Positions 39,591 through 48,535 of a stretch of DNA of 64,000 nucleotides are shown in pieces (position 1 is the first letter of the stretch; each line of letters opens with the position of its first letter). The stretch comes from Opitutaceae bacterium. GTDB lineage: Bacteria > Verrucomicrobiota > Verrucomicrobiia > Opitutales > Opitutaceae. The DNA is taken from assembly GCA_028691845.1 (NCBI GenBank), contig JAQUYL010000018.1:2814-66813 (forward strand). Reading direction: 5' to 3'. Under the pieces are notes generated by a model. That model did not search any database, was not told where the DNA came from, and saw only the letters and a program-made list of their open reading frames with translations. Made by a program: the position numbers and the translations under genes.

Positions 39591-39925
39591 CATTCAGGCA
39601 GGTTGAAATAAATGGCAGCTTCAACCCGACTGCTGGCTTGCGCGAGCCTGATTCGGGGCGCGGCACAGGGTCGCACTTCGCCAGGCCGTCCAATCCGGGG
39701 GCTGGCATGACTCCCTCCCACGGCCATGCCCACATGAGTATTCCCCGAATGCGCCGCGAACCGGTGGCCGCCCGGCATTTTCTGCCAAGTGATCGCCAAG
39801 CCGCCCTTGCCGCGGGAAACCGGGCTATAACTCAAAGCCCGCGAAACGGCTGGCCGCCGTTCGCGGGCTTGATGGTCCGGCGGCACCAGTGGCCGCCGGA
39901 CAGGGGGAGAAACGCAAAGCAGCGA

Positions 39926-41416
39926 TCAGCTCAGATCGACGCCCCGCATGTCACCAGTCTTCATGAAGTGCTGGTGGAACGCGAAGGCCTTGCTCAAGGT
40001 CATCGGCGTATGCCCGTTCTTGCTCAACGCGGCATAGCGGTGCAGAGCGTCGCGGAAATCCGGATGAGCACACTTATCGGCGATTAGCTGGGCGCGTTCC
40101 TGCGGCGACTTGCCGCGCAGGTCGGCCACACCCTGATCGGTGATGATGACTTGCACGGAATGCTCGCTGTGGTCGGCGTGGCTGACCAGCGGGACGATGG
40201 TGCTGATCTTGCCGCCCTTCTGCAGCGACGGACAGACGAAGATCGAGATGAAGGCGTTGCGGGTGAAATCGCCCGATCCGCCAATGCCGTTCATCATGCT
40301 CGAGCCGAGCACGTGCGTGCTGTTGATGTTGCCGAACAAATCGGCCTCGATGGCGGCGTTGATGGAGATGACACCGAGGCGGCGGACGATCTCCGGGTGG
40401 TTGGATATTTCCTGGGGCCGCAGAACGAGGCGCGAACGGAAAAAGTCGAGATTGGCGTAGAACTGCTTGCTCATCTCCGGGCTCGCCGTGATGGCTGTGG
40501 TGCTGGCGAACAGGAGCTTGCCCTTCTGCATCAGCTTGAAGACTGCATCCTGCAGCACCTCGGAATACATCTCGAAGGGAGGGATGTCCGGATGCTCGCC
40601 CATTGCACCGAGCACCGCGTTGGCGATGTTGCCCACGCCTGACTGGATGGGCAGAAATGACTTTTGCATGGAGCTGCGGTGGCGTTCGCCGGCGAGGAAC
40701 TCGGCGACGTTGTGTCCGATGCGAATCATGGTCTCGTCGGGCACATCGAAGTTGCCGGAATCTTCAGTCTCGTTGGTCTCGATGATGCCGGCGATCTTGG
40801 AGGGATCGACCTTAACGACAGTCGTGCCGATGCGGTCACGCACACCATAGACCGGAATTTCGCGGCGGCTCGGCGGATCGTTCGGTTCGTAGATGTCGTG
40901 GAATCCGCGCAAGGCCGGAGTCTGGGCGTGATTAAGCTCGATGATCACCTTCTCCGCCACGTTGCAGAATGTCGGCGACGCGCCGACCGACGTGGTCAGG
41001 ACGATCTCGCCAGCGGGGGAAACCTCGCAGGCCTCGACGATCGCAAATTTCAACTTGCCGAGAAATCCATAGCGCACGGTCTGCGGCAACAGCGACAGAT
41101 GCATGTCGAAATAGTGCACCTCGCCGGCATTGATTTTTTTTCTCAGGTCCGAATTGGACTGGTAGGGGGTGCGGAACCGAATCGCGTCGGCCTTGGCCAG
41201 TACGCCATCGAGCGACGGACCGGTCGATGCGCTGGTGATCACCCCGATCTTGAAGGGACGGCCGGCAGCATGCTCGGCGGTGGCCCGAGCGGCAATCGCC
41301 GCGGGCACCGCCTTGGGCGCACCCGCTAGCGTAAATCCGCTAAATCCAATGATGTCGCCGTTGCTGACCATGGCGGCAGCCTCTTCCGGCGTAAGTTTGG
41401 GAAATGCGATGGACAT
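39926..41416 (-). CDS. acetyl-CoA hydrolase/transferase family protein (succinate/acetate CoA-transferase type)
   Basis: MSIAFPKLTPEEAAAMVSNGDIIGFSGFTLAGAPKAVP...SSMMNGIGGSGDFTRNA is the typical Cat1/ASCT family pattern. The ATG at 41416 is preferred over the ORF start at 41605. Confidence 0.85.
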   Translation of the reverse strand: MSIAFPKLTPEEAAAMVSNGDIIGFSGFTLAGAPKAVPAAIAARATAEHAAGRPFKIGVITSASTGPSLDGVLAKADAIRFRTPYQSNSDLRKKINAGEVHYFDMHLSLLPQTVRYGFLGKLKFAIVEACEVSPAGEIVLTTSVGASPTFCNVAEKVIIELNHAQTPALRGFHDIYEPNDPPSRREIPVYGVRDRIGTTVVKVDPSKIAGIIETNETEDSGNFDVPDETMIRIGHNVAEFLAGERHRSSMQKSFLPIQSGVGNIANAVLGAMGEHPDIPPFEMYSEVLQDAVFKLMQKGKLLFASTTAITASPEMSKQFYANLDFFRSRLVLRPQEISNHPEIVRRLGVISINAAIEADLFGNINSTHVLGSSMMNGIGGSGDFTRNAFISIFVCPSLQKGGKISTIVPLVSHADHSEHSVQVIITDQGVADLRGKSPQERAQLIADKCAHPDFRDALHRYAALSKNGHTPMTLSKAFAFHQHFMKTGDMRGVDLS

Positions 41417-41582
41417 AATTAAAAGTACTTTAGAGAAAAGTGCTCCATAAGACGACGCAACAATTGCCGAGACCAGCGCGTTTCTTGCCACAACCGCGAG
41501 AAATCCCCCTTTTGATGCCCGAGTCACACTGACCGAGAAAAAGCACGGAGAAAGCTGGCCGATTCCTGCGAGGACCCATTGG

Positions 41583-41969
41583 ATGGGGGGGAGAACTGTC
41601 AGCACATCCTTCTTTCCGCTGAAAGGCTTGTCGGCTAAATTGGTGGGCCGCTGGTACCAGCGTTATTGGTCGGATTATGATCCGACTTCGCGCAACAACT
41701 CGGCGGACCGCGGCCAGCCCTGGAAGATCCCCAACTATTCGATCTTCGACATGAACCTCTATTATCAGCTTCCGCTCAGGAACGATCGGTTCGATGTCAC
41801 GACCTTTGTCCATGTCTTCAACCTGTTTGACAAAGTGTACGTCTCCGATGCCACCGACAATAGTTCCTATGAAGGCATCTACGGTACGCCTTCCCACAGT
41901 GCGCAACGGGCCGAGGTATTCCTCGGCTCTCCGCGGACGATCAACGTCGGCACGACCGTTCGCTTCTAG
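41583..41969 (+). pseudogene. 3'-terminal remnant of a TonB-dependent receptor / outer-membrane beta-barrel gene
   Basis: Only about 115 C-terminal residues are present: ...YSIFDMNLYYQLPLRNDRFDVTTFVHVFNLFDKVYVSDA...RAEVFLGSPRTINVGTTVRF, ending in the barrel-terminal aromatic residue. No plug or barrel upstream; the CoA-transferase promoter region sits there instead. Confidence 0.65.
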
Positions 41970-41991
41970 CCACCCGTTTATTCTCCCAACT

Positions 41992-42024
41992 GGCGGCGCC
42001 TCACACCGGGCGCCGCCTTTTTTG
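41992..42024 (+). terminator. rho-independent terminator after the receptor remnant
   Basis: GGCGGCGCC-TCACACCG-GGCGCCGCC followed by TTTTTTG. Confidence 0.8.
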
Positions 42025-42193
42025 TCAAAGGATTGCTTACCACGGCTCCGCCCCGGAGGGAACCTCGCCGTTCCACAGTTCCTTGGGACAACGCCGGCGC
42101 ATTGAAGGACTGCTGGTTCCCTCGGCTCCGCTACCGTTTGGACTTCAACTCCCGGCCCCGCCGGCCTAACCAATATTCGATCATCGCCGATTC

Positions 42194-42358
42194 ATGAAGA
42201 AGCCAACGCAGGAAGAGCGACAGCGCATGTGCACAGGCAAGAGGAAATATCGCCGCCAGGGCGACGCCCTCGATGCTGCACTCCTGGCCGGGGTCGAACG
42301 CCACCGCAAAGCCTATCTCTGCCCGCTCTGCCACCATTGGCACCTCACCTCGCGCTGA
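42194..42358 (+). CDS. small Cys-rich (zinc-ribbon-like) protein, 54 aa
   Basis: Hand-translated: MKKPTQEERQRMCTGKRKYRRQGDALDAALLAGVERHRKAYLCPLCHHWHLTSR. It falls below the length cut-off of the ORF track. The C...C-x2-C-H-H-W-H-L-T ending recalls a widespread small-protein family. The opposite-strand ORF 42131..42343 looks spurious. Confidence 0.5.
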   Translation: MKKPTQEERQRMCTGKRKYRRQGDALDAALLAGVERHRKAYLCPLCHHWHLTSR

Positions 42359-42424
42359 GCCCCCACCGCCAGCCGATTGACTTAGCGGCCGATCGGCGCA
42401 TTATGAAACTGGTGGGGGTGATTC

Positions 42425-43543
42425 ATGCCCGCACTCGCACAGGGAATCATCACGGATCTGTTCGCCAAGGCCGACATTCGCATGAATGGTTCGCGCCCAT
42501 GGGATCTACGCATCCACGACGAACGGTTCTATCGGCGTGTGCTTGCCCGCGGCACCTTAGGCTTCGGTGAGGCGTACATGGACGGGTGGTGGGATTGCGC
42601 CGCGATTGATGAGATGTGCTGCCGCGCCGAACGGGCCCATCTCGACGAGCAGGTACGGTTCAGCCTCACCAATGTCGCCGCTCTTGTCACCGCCGCACTC
42701 GTCAATCGGCAGACGGTACGCCGCGCCCGCCAGGTGGCGGAGACGCACTACGATATCGGCAACGATTTCTTCGCGGCCATGCTCGGCCAGGATCTCCAGT
42801 ATTCATGCGCCTATTTCGACGGAACCGACGACCTCATCGAAGCCCAGCAACGCAAGATGGAACTGATTTGCCGCAAACTCGGACTGCGGGCCGGACTGCG
42901 GCTTCTTGATGTCGGCTGTGGCTGGGGCGGACTGGCAAAATTTGCGGCCGAGCAATACGGCTGCAATGTGGTAGGCATCACGATCTCCCGGGAACAGCAG
43001 GCCTACGCCGTCCAGTCCTGCCGCGGCCTGCCGATCGAAATCCGACTGCAGGATTACCACGAAGTGGCTGAGCCATTCGACCGCATCGTCAGTGTGGGCA
43101 TGATGGAGCATGTGGGGTATAAGAACTACCGGGCTTTTATGACGGCGGCGACCCGGTGCCTGGACAATGGCGGCCTATTCCTCTGCCACACGATCGGCGG
43201 CAACGTTTCGCGGGTGTGTTCCGACCCGTGGATCATGCGCTATATCTTCCCCAATTCCATGCTGCCGTCGCCTGCCCAGGTGACGCGCGCCGCGGAAGGC
43301 CTGTTCGTCCTTGAGGACGTGCAGAATTTCGGTCCACACTACGACAAGACCCTGCTCGCTTGGGAGCGGAATTTCAGCCGTTCCTGGGATCGCTTTCGCC
43401 ACATCTATGGCGAGCGGTTCGGCCGGATGTGGCGCTACTATCTTCTGAGCTGTGCCGGAGCGTTTCGGGCCCGCACCATCGAACTTTTCCAGTTTCTTTT
43501 TTCCCGAGGCGGGGTGCCCGGTGGCTACACCGCAGTGCGATAG
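42425..43543 (+). CDS. cfa: cyclopropane-fatty-acyl-phospholipid synthase
   Basis: HYDIGNDFFAAMLGQDLQYSCAYF, SAM motif LLDVGCGWGGLAKFAAEQYG, and MMEHVGYKNYRAFM. Confidence 0.9.
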   Translation: MPALAQGIITDLFAKADIRMNGSRPWDLRIHDERFYRRVLARGTLGFGEAYMDGWWDCAAIDEMCCRAERAHLDEQVRFSLTNVAALVTAALVNRQTVRRARQVAETHYDIGNDFFAAMLGQDLQYSCAYFDGTDDLIEAQQRKMELICRKLGLRAGLRLLDVGCGWGGLAKFAAEQYGCNVVGITISREQQAYAVQSCRGLPIEIRLQDYHEVAEPFDRIVSVGMMEHVGYKNYRAFMTAATRCLDNGGLFLCHTIGGNVSRVCSDPWIMRYIFPNSMLPSPAQVTRAAEGLFVLEDVQNFGPHYDKTLLAWERNFSRSWDRFRHIYGERFGRMWRYYLLSCAGAFRARTIELFQFLFSRGGVPGGYTAVR

Positions 43544-43582
43544 TATCGCCGGAAGGAAGCCCCCGGCCCCGGGGGTGCGGAT

Positions 43583-44065
43583 TCAGGGGCGAAGAACCCG
43601 CTGGACAGAAGCGGGGAGTTCGTTGGCATGGAGTAGGAACAGGCTGACCTGCCATATTTCGGTGTCCGAAATACTGTCGACGTATCCCGGCATGCCGGTG
43701 AGGCGGATGCCGTTTTTTACCTTCCAATAGATTTCGCCTACTGGGTCGTCAGTGACGCCCTTCATGGGCGGGAGCAACTGCGGGGGCTTCGGAAACAGTC
43801 CCCGGGCAATCGCAGAGGATGGACGCCCAAGATGTCCGTGGCAAACCGCGCATTGCTCCTGATAGATCCGCGCCCCGATGAGGAGATTGGATTCGTCGGC
43901 GGAAATCGGAGCCGGCTTGCCCGCCTCCTTGTCGATGGCGGCATGTAGCGCCTTATTGGCGACGAACTTCTCCAAGGGGAGTGGCTCACCCTTGGTGGCC
44001 ACCGGCATACCTCCGCGGATCACAAAAAAATATCCCGCCACGAAGGGGACACAGATTCCGATCAT
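43583..44065 (-). CDS. membrane-anchored c-type cytochrome
   Basis: N-terminal TM (MIGICVPFVAGYFFVI), haem-binding CAVCHG, and a distal Met region (IRLTGMPGY). Confidence 0.8.
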   Translation of the reverse strand: MIGICVPFVAGYFFVIRGGMPVATKGEPLPLEKFVANKALHAAIDKEAGKPAPISADESNLLIGARIYQEQCAVCHGHLGRPSSAIARGLFPKPPQLLPPMKGVTDDPVGEIYWKVKNGIRLTGMPGYVDSISDTEIWQVSLFLLHANELPASVQRVLRP

Positions 44066-44966
44066 GACGCCGATCAGTGTTTTTCCCGTAGGGCAAGGTT
44101 ACATCGATTCGGCCGGCCATTCTTGCATCCATAATGCCTCCCCATGGGGGCGTACGCAAATCAGGCGGGATGACCAGCGGCAGCCAATAAAACCAAAAAT
44201 CGGCCGGGGTCAAAGCAGCCGCCGTTTTTTCATCGGCGCTTCCCCGGTGATTGAGAAAGTGCGGTGGCGGGAACGGATCACTCCAGCATAGCCGCCAGCG
44301 TGATGGTCGCATGCAATACGCAGGAAACCAGCCATGGGCCTTCGCTTTGGCTGTGTTCTCGTCGATCCGCATCGGAGCGACTCATGGAATGCGAACGGTC
44401 CGGGGCAGATGCGCGTGCGGGCCAACAGGGGCAAGGGGCGGCTTGCGGGACACCAGTTGCGGATAACGTGATTTTGCCTTCTTTGCGCGAGCAGCGTCAG
44501 ACCGCGATAGCGGAACGTTTCATGGAAGATGGACGGGGAGTTGATTTCCGACGGATCGCGGCCTTGCACTCTCGCCGAACGGCGCGTGAGAACGGCTTCT
44601 CCCACTCCCCCAGATCGTGCTGCAGCTGGAAAATTGTGCCGGCCAATTCACCCGAGGCGGTTAACTCATCCGTCGCTGATTGGTTTTCATTACGCACGCG
44701 GTTGTTGACAAGAATATCTTATAGGAAAAATCTCAGATTATGAGTCTGCGCCCGCTGCCTGAAAGATCACACTCACAACGCTTCAGCAGGAATTCTTCCT
44801 GATGCTTTCGTCGGCATGGCACTGGCCATCAGGGGCTTGTCGCGGGCATCCGCGATAAGACAAAGTCAACCTCGGTCCCCATGGAATCATACCAGCGAAT
44901 AGTCCCTTTCGTTCCTGGCCCACGCCGTTGACAGGACCTCTCAGATAAAACATCTAATATATTGCC

Positions 44967-46769
44967 ATGGTCAGCCAAAATTCCACCTCCCATCCGGCCA
45001 ACATCACGCCGCGCTCCATTAATGACGTCGTCATTCGACTCGCCGGCAATTCCCAGGATGGCATCCAGACCATCGGGGGTTTCCTCGCTCGGCTCGCCGG
45101 CCGCAGCGATCAGGACGTGATGACTTTCATGACGATTCCATCGACGATTTCCGGCGGCCCGTCCATTTTTCAAGTACGCATGGGCTCGGGAGACATCCTC
45201 TCGGCCGGGGATCAGGCCGATTTCCTCGTGGCCTTCTACCAGCACAGCTACGAAAGCCATATCAACTCCCTCCGGCCGGGCGGCGTCCTCATCTACGACT
45301 CCGGCAACGTCACACCCAACCCTGACGACAAACGTTTCACCAACATCGGAGTGCCCATCACCAATGCCACGGTTGAGGCCGTCGGCGGCACCGGCAAGGA
45401 CAAGGGCAAGAACATCTATGTGCTCGGCCTCCTGGCCCGCATCTTTAACCTCGATATTTCAAAACTCACCGCGCTGATCAAGGAGCGTTTCGGCGGTCGC
45501 AGCGAAGACATAGTGCGCAACGCCCTCATGACGTTCGACGCCGGTTATGCGTGGCCTACGGACAACGTCCGCGACTGCTACTATAATTTCACCGCCACCC
45601 CTCATCCTTCCGGCCGGCCGCAGGTGACGATGGACGGCAATCAGGCCCTCTCCTTCGGTCTCATCACTGCGGGAGTGCGCTATGGGGCCGCCTACCCCAT
45701 CACCCCGGCGACCAGCGTGATGGAGATCCTTCGCGCCGAACTGCCCAAATACGGCGGCATCTTTGTCCAGTGCGAAGACGAGATCGCAGCCGTCTCGACC
45801 GCGCTCGGCTTTTCCTATTCCGGGCATCTGGCCGTCACCAACAGTTCCGGCCCCGGCCTTTCGCTAAAGATGGAGGGGCTTGGTTGGGGCGTGATGGCTG
45901 AAGTTCCCCTCATTGTGATCAATGTTCAGCGCGGCGGCCCCAGCACCGGCCTTCCCACCATGGTCGAACAGAGCGATCTGCTGCAGGCCATCTTTGGCAG
46001 CCATGGGGACTCCCAGCGAGTCGTGCTGGCGCCCAAGAATGTCGAGGACTGCTATTATTTCGTGCAGGAAGCGGTGCGCATCGCCCGCAAATACAGTACG
46101 CCAGTCATCGTCCTCACTGACCAGTCCCTGGCCACACGCATCGAAGCCTTCGACGAACCCGACCTGGAAAAGATCATGGGCAGCCCCGCGATCGAGCGCG
46201 CACCTCGAGGAGCCGATTTCAAACCTTACTCGCTCGACCAACTCACCCACCACGCACCGCCGGGCACATGGATCGATTCCGGTTCCTACCCGATCGTCAG
46301 CGGGCTGGAACACGACGAGATGGGGCACCCTACAGGCAACCCGGCTATGCACCAGAAAATGACCATCAAGCGCCGCGAAAAGATCAAGGCGTTGGGTGCC
46401 GAGCTCTCCCCGCCGCAGGTCTACGGCGATCAGGAGGGGGAAGTGCTTCTGGTCGGATGGGGATCGACCTGGGGCCCCGCCCACGAAGCCCTCAAGCAAT
46501 TGCGGATGGATGGCGTGAAAATCGGCCAGGTTCACCTGCGCTATCTCCACCCGCTGGAACCGGGGCTCGACGAGATCTTCCGTCATTACCGGCAGATCCT
46601 CGTGGCCGAGTTGAACGACGAAGGGCTGTATGGCTACGGCCAGTTCGCCACCATGCTCCGCGCCCGCTACTGCAACGATTCCATCCGCGGCATCAACAAG
46701 ACCGACGGGCTCACCTTCAAGGTAAGCGACATCGTTGCCGGTGTTAACCGCTACCTGGGTCGCAAATAG
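44967..46769 (+). CDS. korA: 2-oxoacid:ferredoxin oxidoreductase subunit alpha (gamma-alpha fusion, KorA type)
   Basis: N-terminal gamma-like domain (IRLAGNSQDGIQTIGGFLARLAG) followed by an alpha domain (GNQALSFGLITAGVRYGAAYPITPATS...QCEDEIAA). Confidence 0.9.
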   Translation: MVSQNSTSHPANITPRSINDVVIRLAGNSQDGIQTIGGFLARLAGRSDQDVMTFMTIPSTISGGPSIFQVRMGSGDILSAGDQADFLVAFYQHSYESHINSLRPGGVLIYDSGNVTPNPDDKRFTNIGVPITNATVEAVGGTGKDKGKNIYVLGLLARIFNLDISKLTALIKERFGGRSEDIVRNALMTFDAGYAWPTDNVRDCYYNFTATPHPSGRPQVTMDGNQALSFGLITAGVRYGAAYPITPATSVMEILRAELPKYGGIFVQCEDEIAAVSTALGFSYSGHLAVTNSSGPGLSLKMEGLGWGVMAEVPLIVINVQRGGPSTGLPTMVEQSDLLQAIFGSHGDSQRVVLAPKNVEDCYYFVQEAVRIARKYSTPVIVLTDQSLATRIEAFDEPDLEKIMGSPAIERAPRGADFKPYSLDQLTHHAPPGTWIDSGSYPIVSGLEHDEMGHPTGNPAMHQKMTIKRREKIKALGAELSPPQVYGDQEGEVLLVGWGSTWGPAHEALKQLRMDGVKIGQVHLRYLHPLEPGLDEIFRHYRQILVAELNDEGLYGYGQFATMLRARYCNDSIRGINKTDGLTFKVSDIVAGVNRYLGRK

Positions 46770-46829
46770 GTCCCGCCTGCTTCGGCCTCCTCGGCTCGCC
46801 TCTCACTCTCACTTCCACTTCCTCGTCCC

Positions 46830-47774
46830 ATGTCCTCTCTTCCCATCGTTTCAGCGCCAGTCCCCGCCCAACGCGCCCCCCTCACCAAGAAGAACCTCAC
46901 CGCCGACCACCCCACCTGGTGCCCCGGTTGCGGCGACTTCGCCGTTCTGGCCTCGTTCCACCGCGTGCTTGAGAAGCTGCAATATCCGCAGGAAAAGATC
47001 GTCTGCCTGGCCGGCATCGGCTGCTCGTCGCGATTCCCCTATTTTGTAAACACCCATGGGGTCCATTTTCTCCACGGCCGTACGCTGCCATTTGCCGTCG
47101 GCGTGAGTCTGGGGAACGACGACCTGCACGTTTTCGCCTTCGGCGGTGATGGGGATGGCTACTCCATCGGCGGCAACCATCTCGTCCATACCGCCCGCAA
47201 AAATGTCCGTCTAACCTACGTTATCATGGACAACTACGTTTACGGTCTGACCAAGAAACAGACGTCACCCACCTCGTCCATCGGTTTCAAGACGAAGACC
47301 GACCCAACCGGGGCCATCGACCAGCCGATCAATCCGATGCGCACCCTCATTAATAGCGGCGCCACCTTTATTGCGCGGAGTCACGCTTCGCAGGTCAACC
47401 ACATGGTCGAGATGATGGAGCGTGCCGCCCGTCATGACGGATTCGGGGTCGTCGAAGTCCTTTCCGAATGCGTGGAATTCAACGAAGGGGCCTTCGACGC
47501 CGCCAGTCCCCGCAAGGGAGGCGTGTTCAAGACCATTGAATTGAAGAAAAACGACGGTACTCCGGAAGACGCCAAACGACACGATCCAACCAACGAACTC
47601 GCCGCCTTCGATCTTGCCCTGCAACCCTGGCCCGGCGTGTTTGGGGTTTTCTTGGACGTCAAACGGCCGACAAAGAACCAGATGGAAGCCGAGCTCATCG
47701 CCAAAGCGAAGGAGCGCACCAAGGGCGCTACCGACCTTCAGGTTTTGCAGGCCACGTTCTCCCGGATGCGGTAA
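46830..47774 (+). CDS. korB: 2-oxoacid:ferredoxin oxidoreductase subunit beta (TPP-binding, KorB type)
   Basis: HPTWCPGCGDFAVL and the TPP motif FGGDGDGYSIGGNHLVHTARKNVRLTYVIMDNYVYGLT. Confidence 0.9.
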   Translation: MSSLPIVSAPVPAQRAPLTKKNLTADHPTWCPGCGDFAVLASFHRVLEKLQYPQEKIVCLAGIGCSSRFPYFVNTHGVHFLHGRTLPFAVGVSLGNDDLHVFAFGGDGDGYSIGGNHLVHTARKNVRLTYVIMDNYVYGLTKKQTSPTSSIGFKTKTDPTGAIDQPINPMRTLINSGATFIARSHASQVNHMVEMMERAARHDGFGVVEVLSECVEFNEGAFDAASPRKGGVFKTIELKKNDGTPEDAKRHDPTNELAAFDLALQPWPGVFGVFLDVKRPTKNQMEAELIAKAKERTKGATDLQVLQATFSRMR

Positions 47775-48535
47775 TACTGTACGACAGCGATGGGGCCAGC
47801 AGGAGTCTGGCGGCGCATTGAGATGACGGCAGCGGAAGGTTGAATGCGGCCTTGCTGGCCGGGGGCAGTACAAGCAATCCCCTTTTTCGATGGGGAGAAT
47901 GGCCAGCGTTCTCGCGTGCTCATCGTGGCTGCTCCGGTCGATCACCCCATCGTTAAGCAGGCCGATCGCTCCATATTTCAGCTTCGAGCAGCTGCATTGG
48001 AAAACGATGCCGCCGACAGAGCTCGGCACTTTGATACACTAACTGCGCAATGGCCGGAGATAGTGAAAGGTGACCGTGCGGGTCCAACCGGTCACTCTTT
48101 CCCCCAGGATGACCACCCACGCAAAGGCTACCATGCCGCCGCTGTGATTCTCAATGCCGTCCTCAATCCTCACCCGGAAGCCCGCCTACAGGCTGGTCCG
48201 CCGCACGGTCCATGCGCGATAATTTGCACTCTGCAGCGTCTTCTCATCGTCTCCAGGCTGATTGCTGCCCTCTCCGGGGGGCACGGCACCACACTCACCG
48301 CAAATTCCACCTGCTGAAATATTGCCCTGAAGCCAAGCAGGGGGGCCTCGATTTTTTCTGCAGTGGAGGATGCTACAGCGGTGATTTTGATTTCTTCCAC
48401 ATCTGAGGGTTTCTACCGATCGGGACAGCTGCAATTCCAGGGCGTCGGACCAAACCTACAGTTTTCATGCCCGCGTCCCACCCCCCCCGGTGAGTCATTG
48501 CCCTCCATGCGACCGCGTCCATAATATTTGCTTTT

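Noticed and set aside
42131-42343. 70-aa minus-strand ORF
   Set aside because: It has no recognisable features and overlaps the more plausible + strand 54-aa Cys/His-rich ORF.
44929-44966. Sigma70-like promoter (TTGACA ... TAATAT) immediately upstream of korA
   Set aside because: The spacing between the candidate -35 and -10 elements is 21 nt for TAATAT, or the -10 is poor at 17 nt. The -10 would also sit only about 10 nt from the ATG. There is not enough support to call it.
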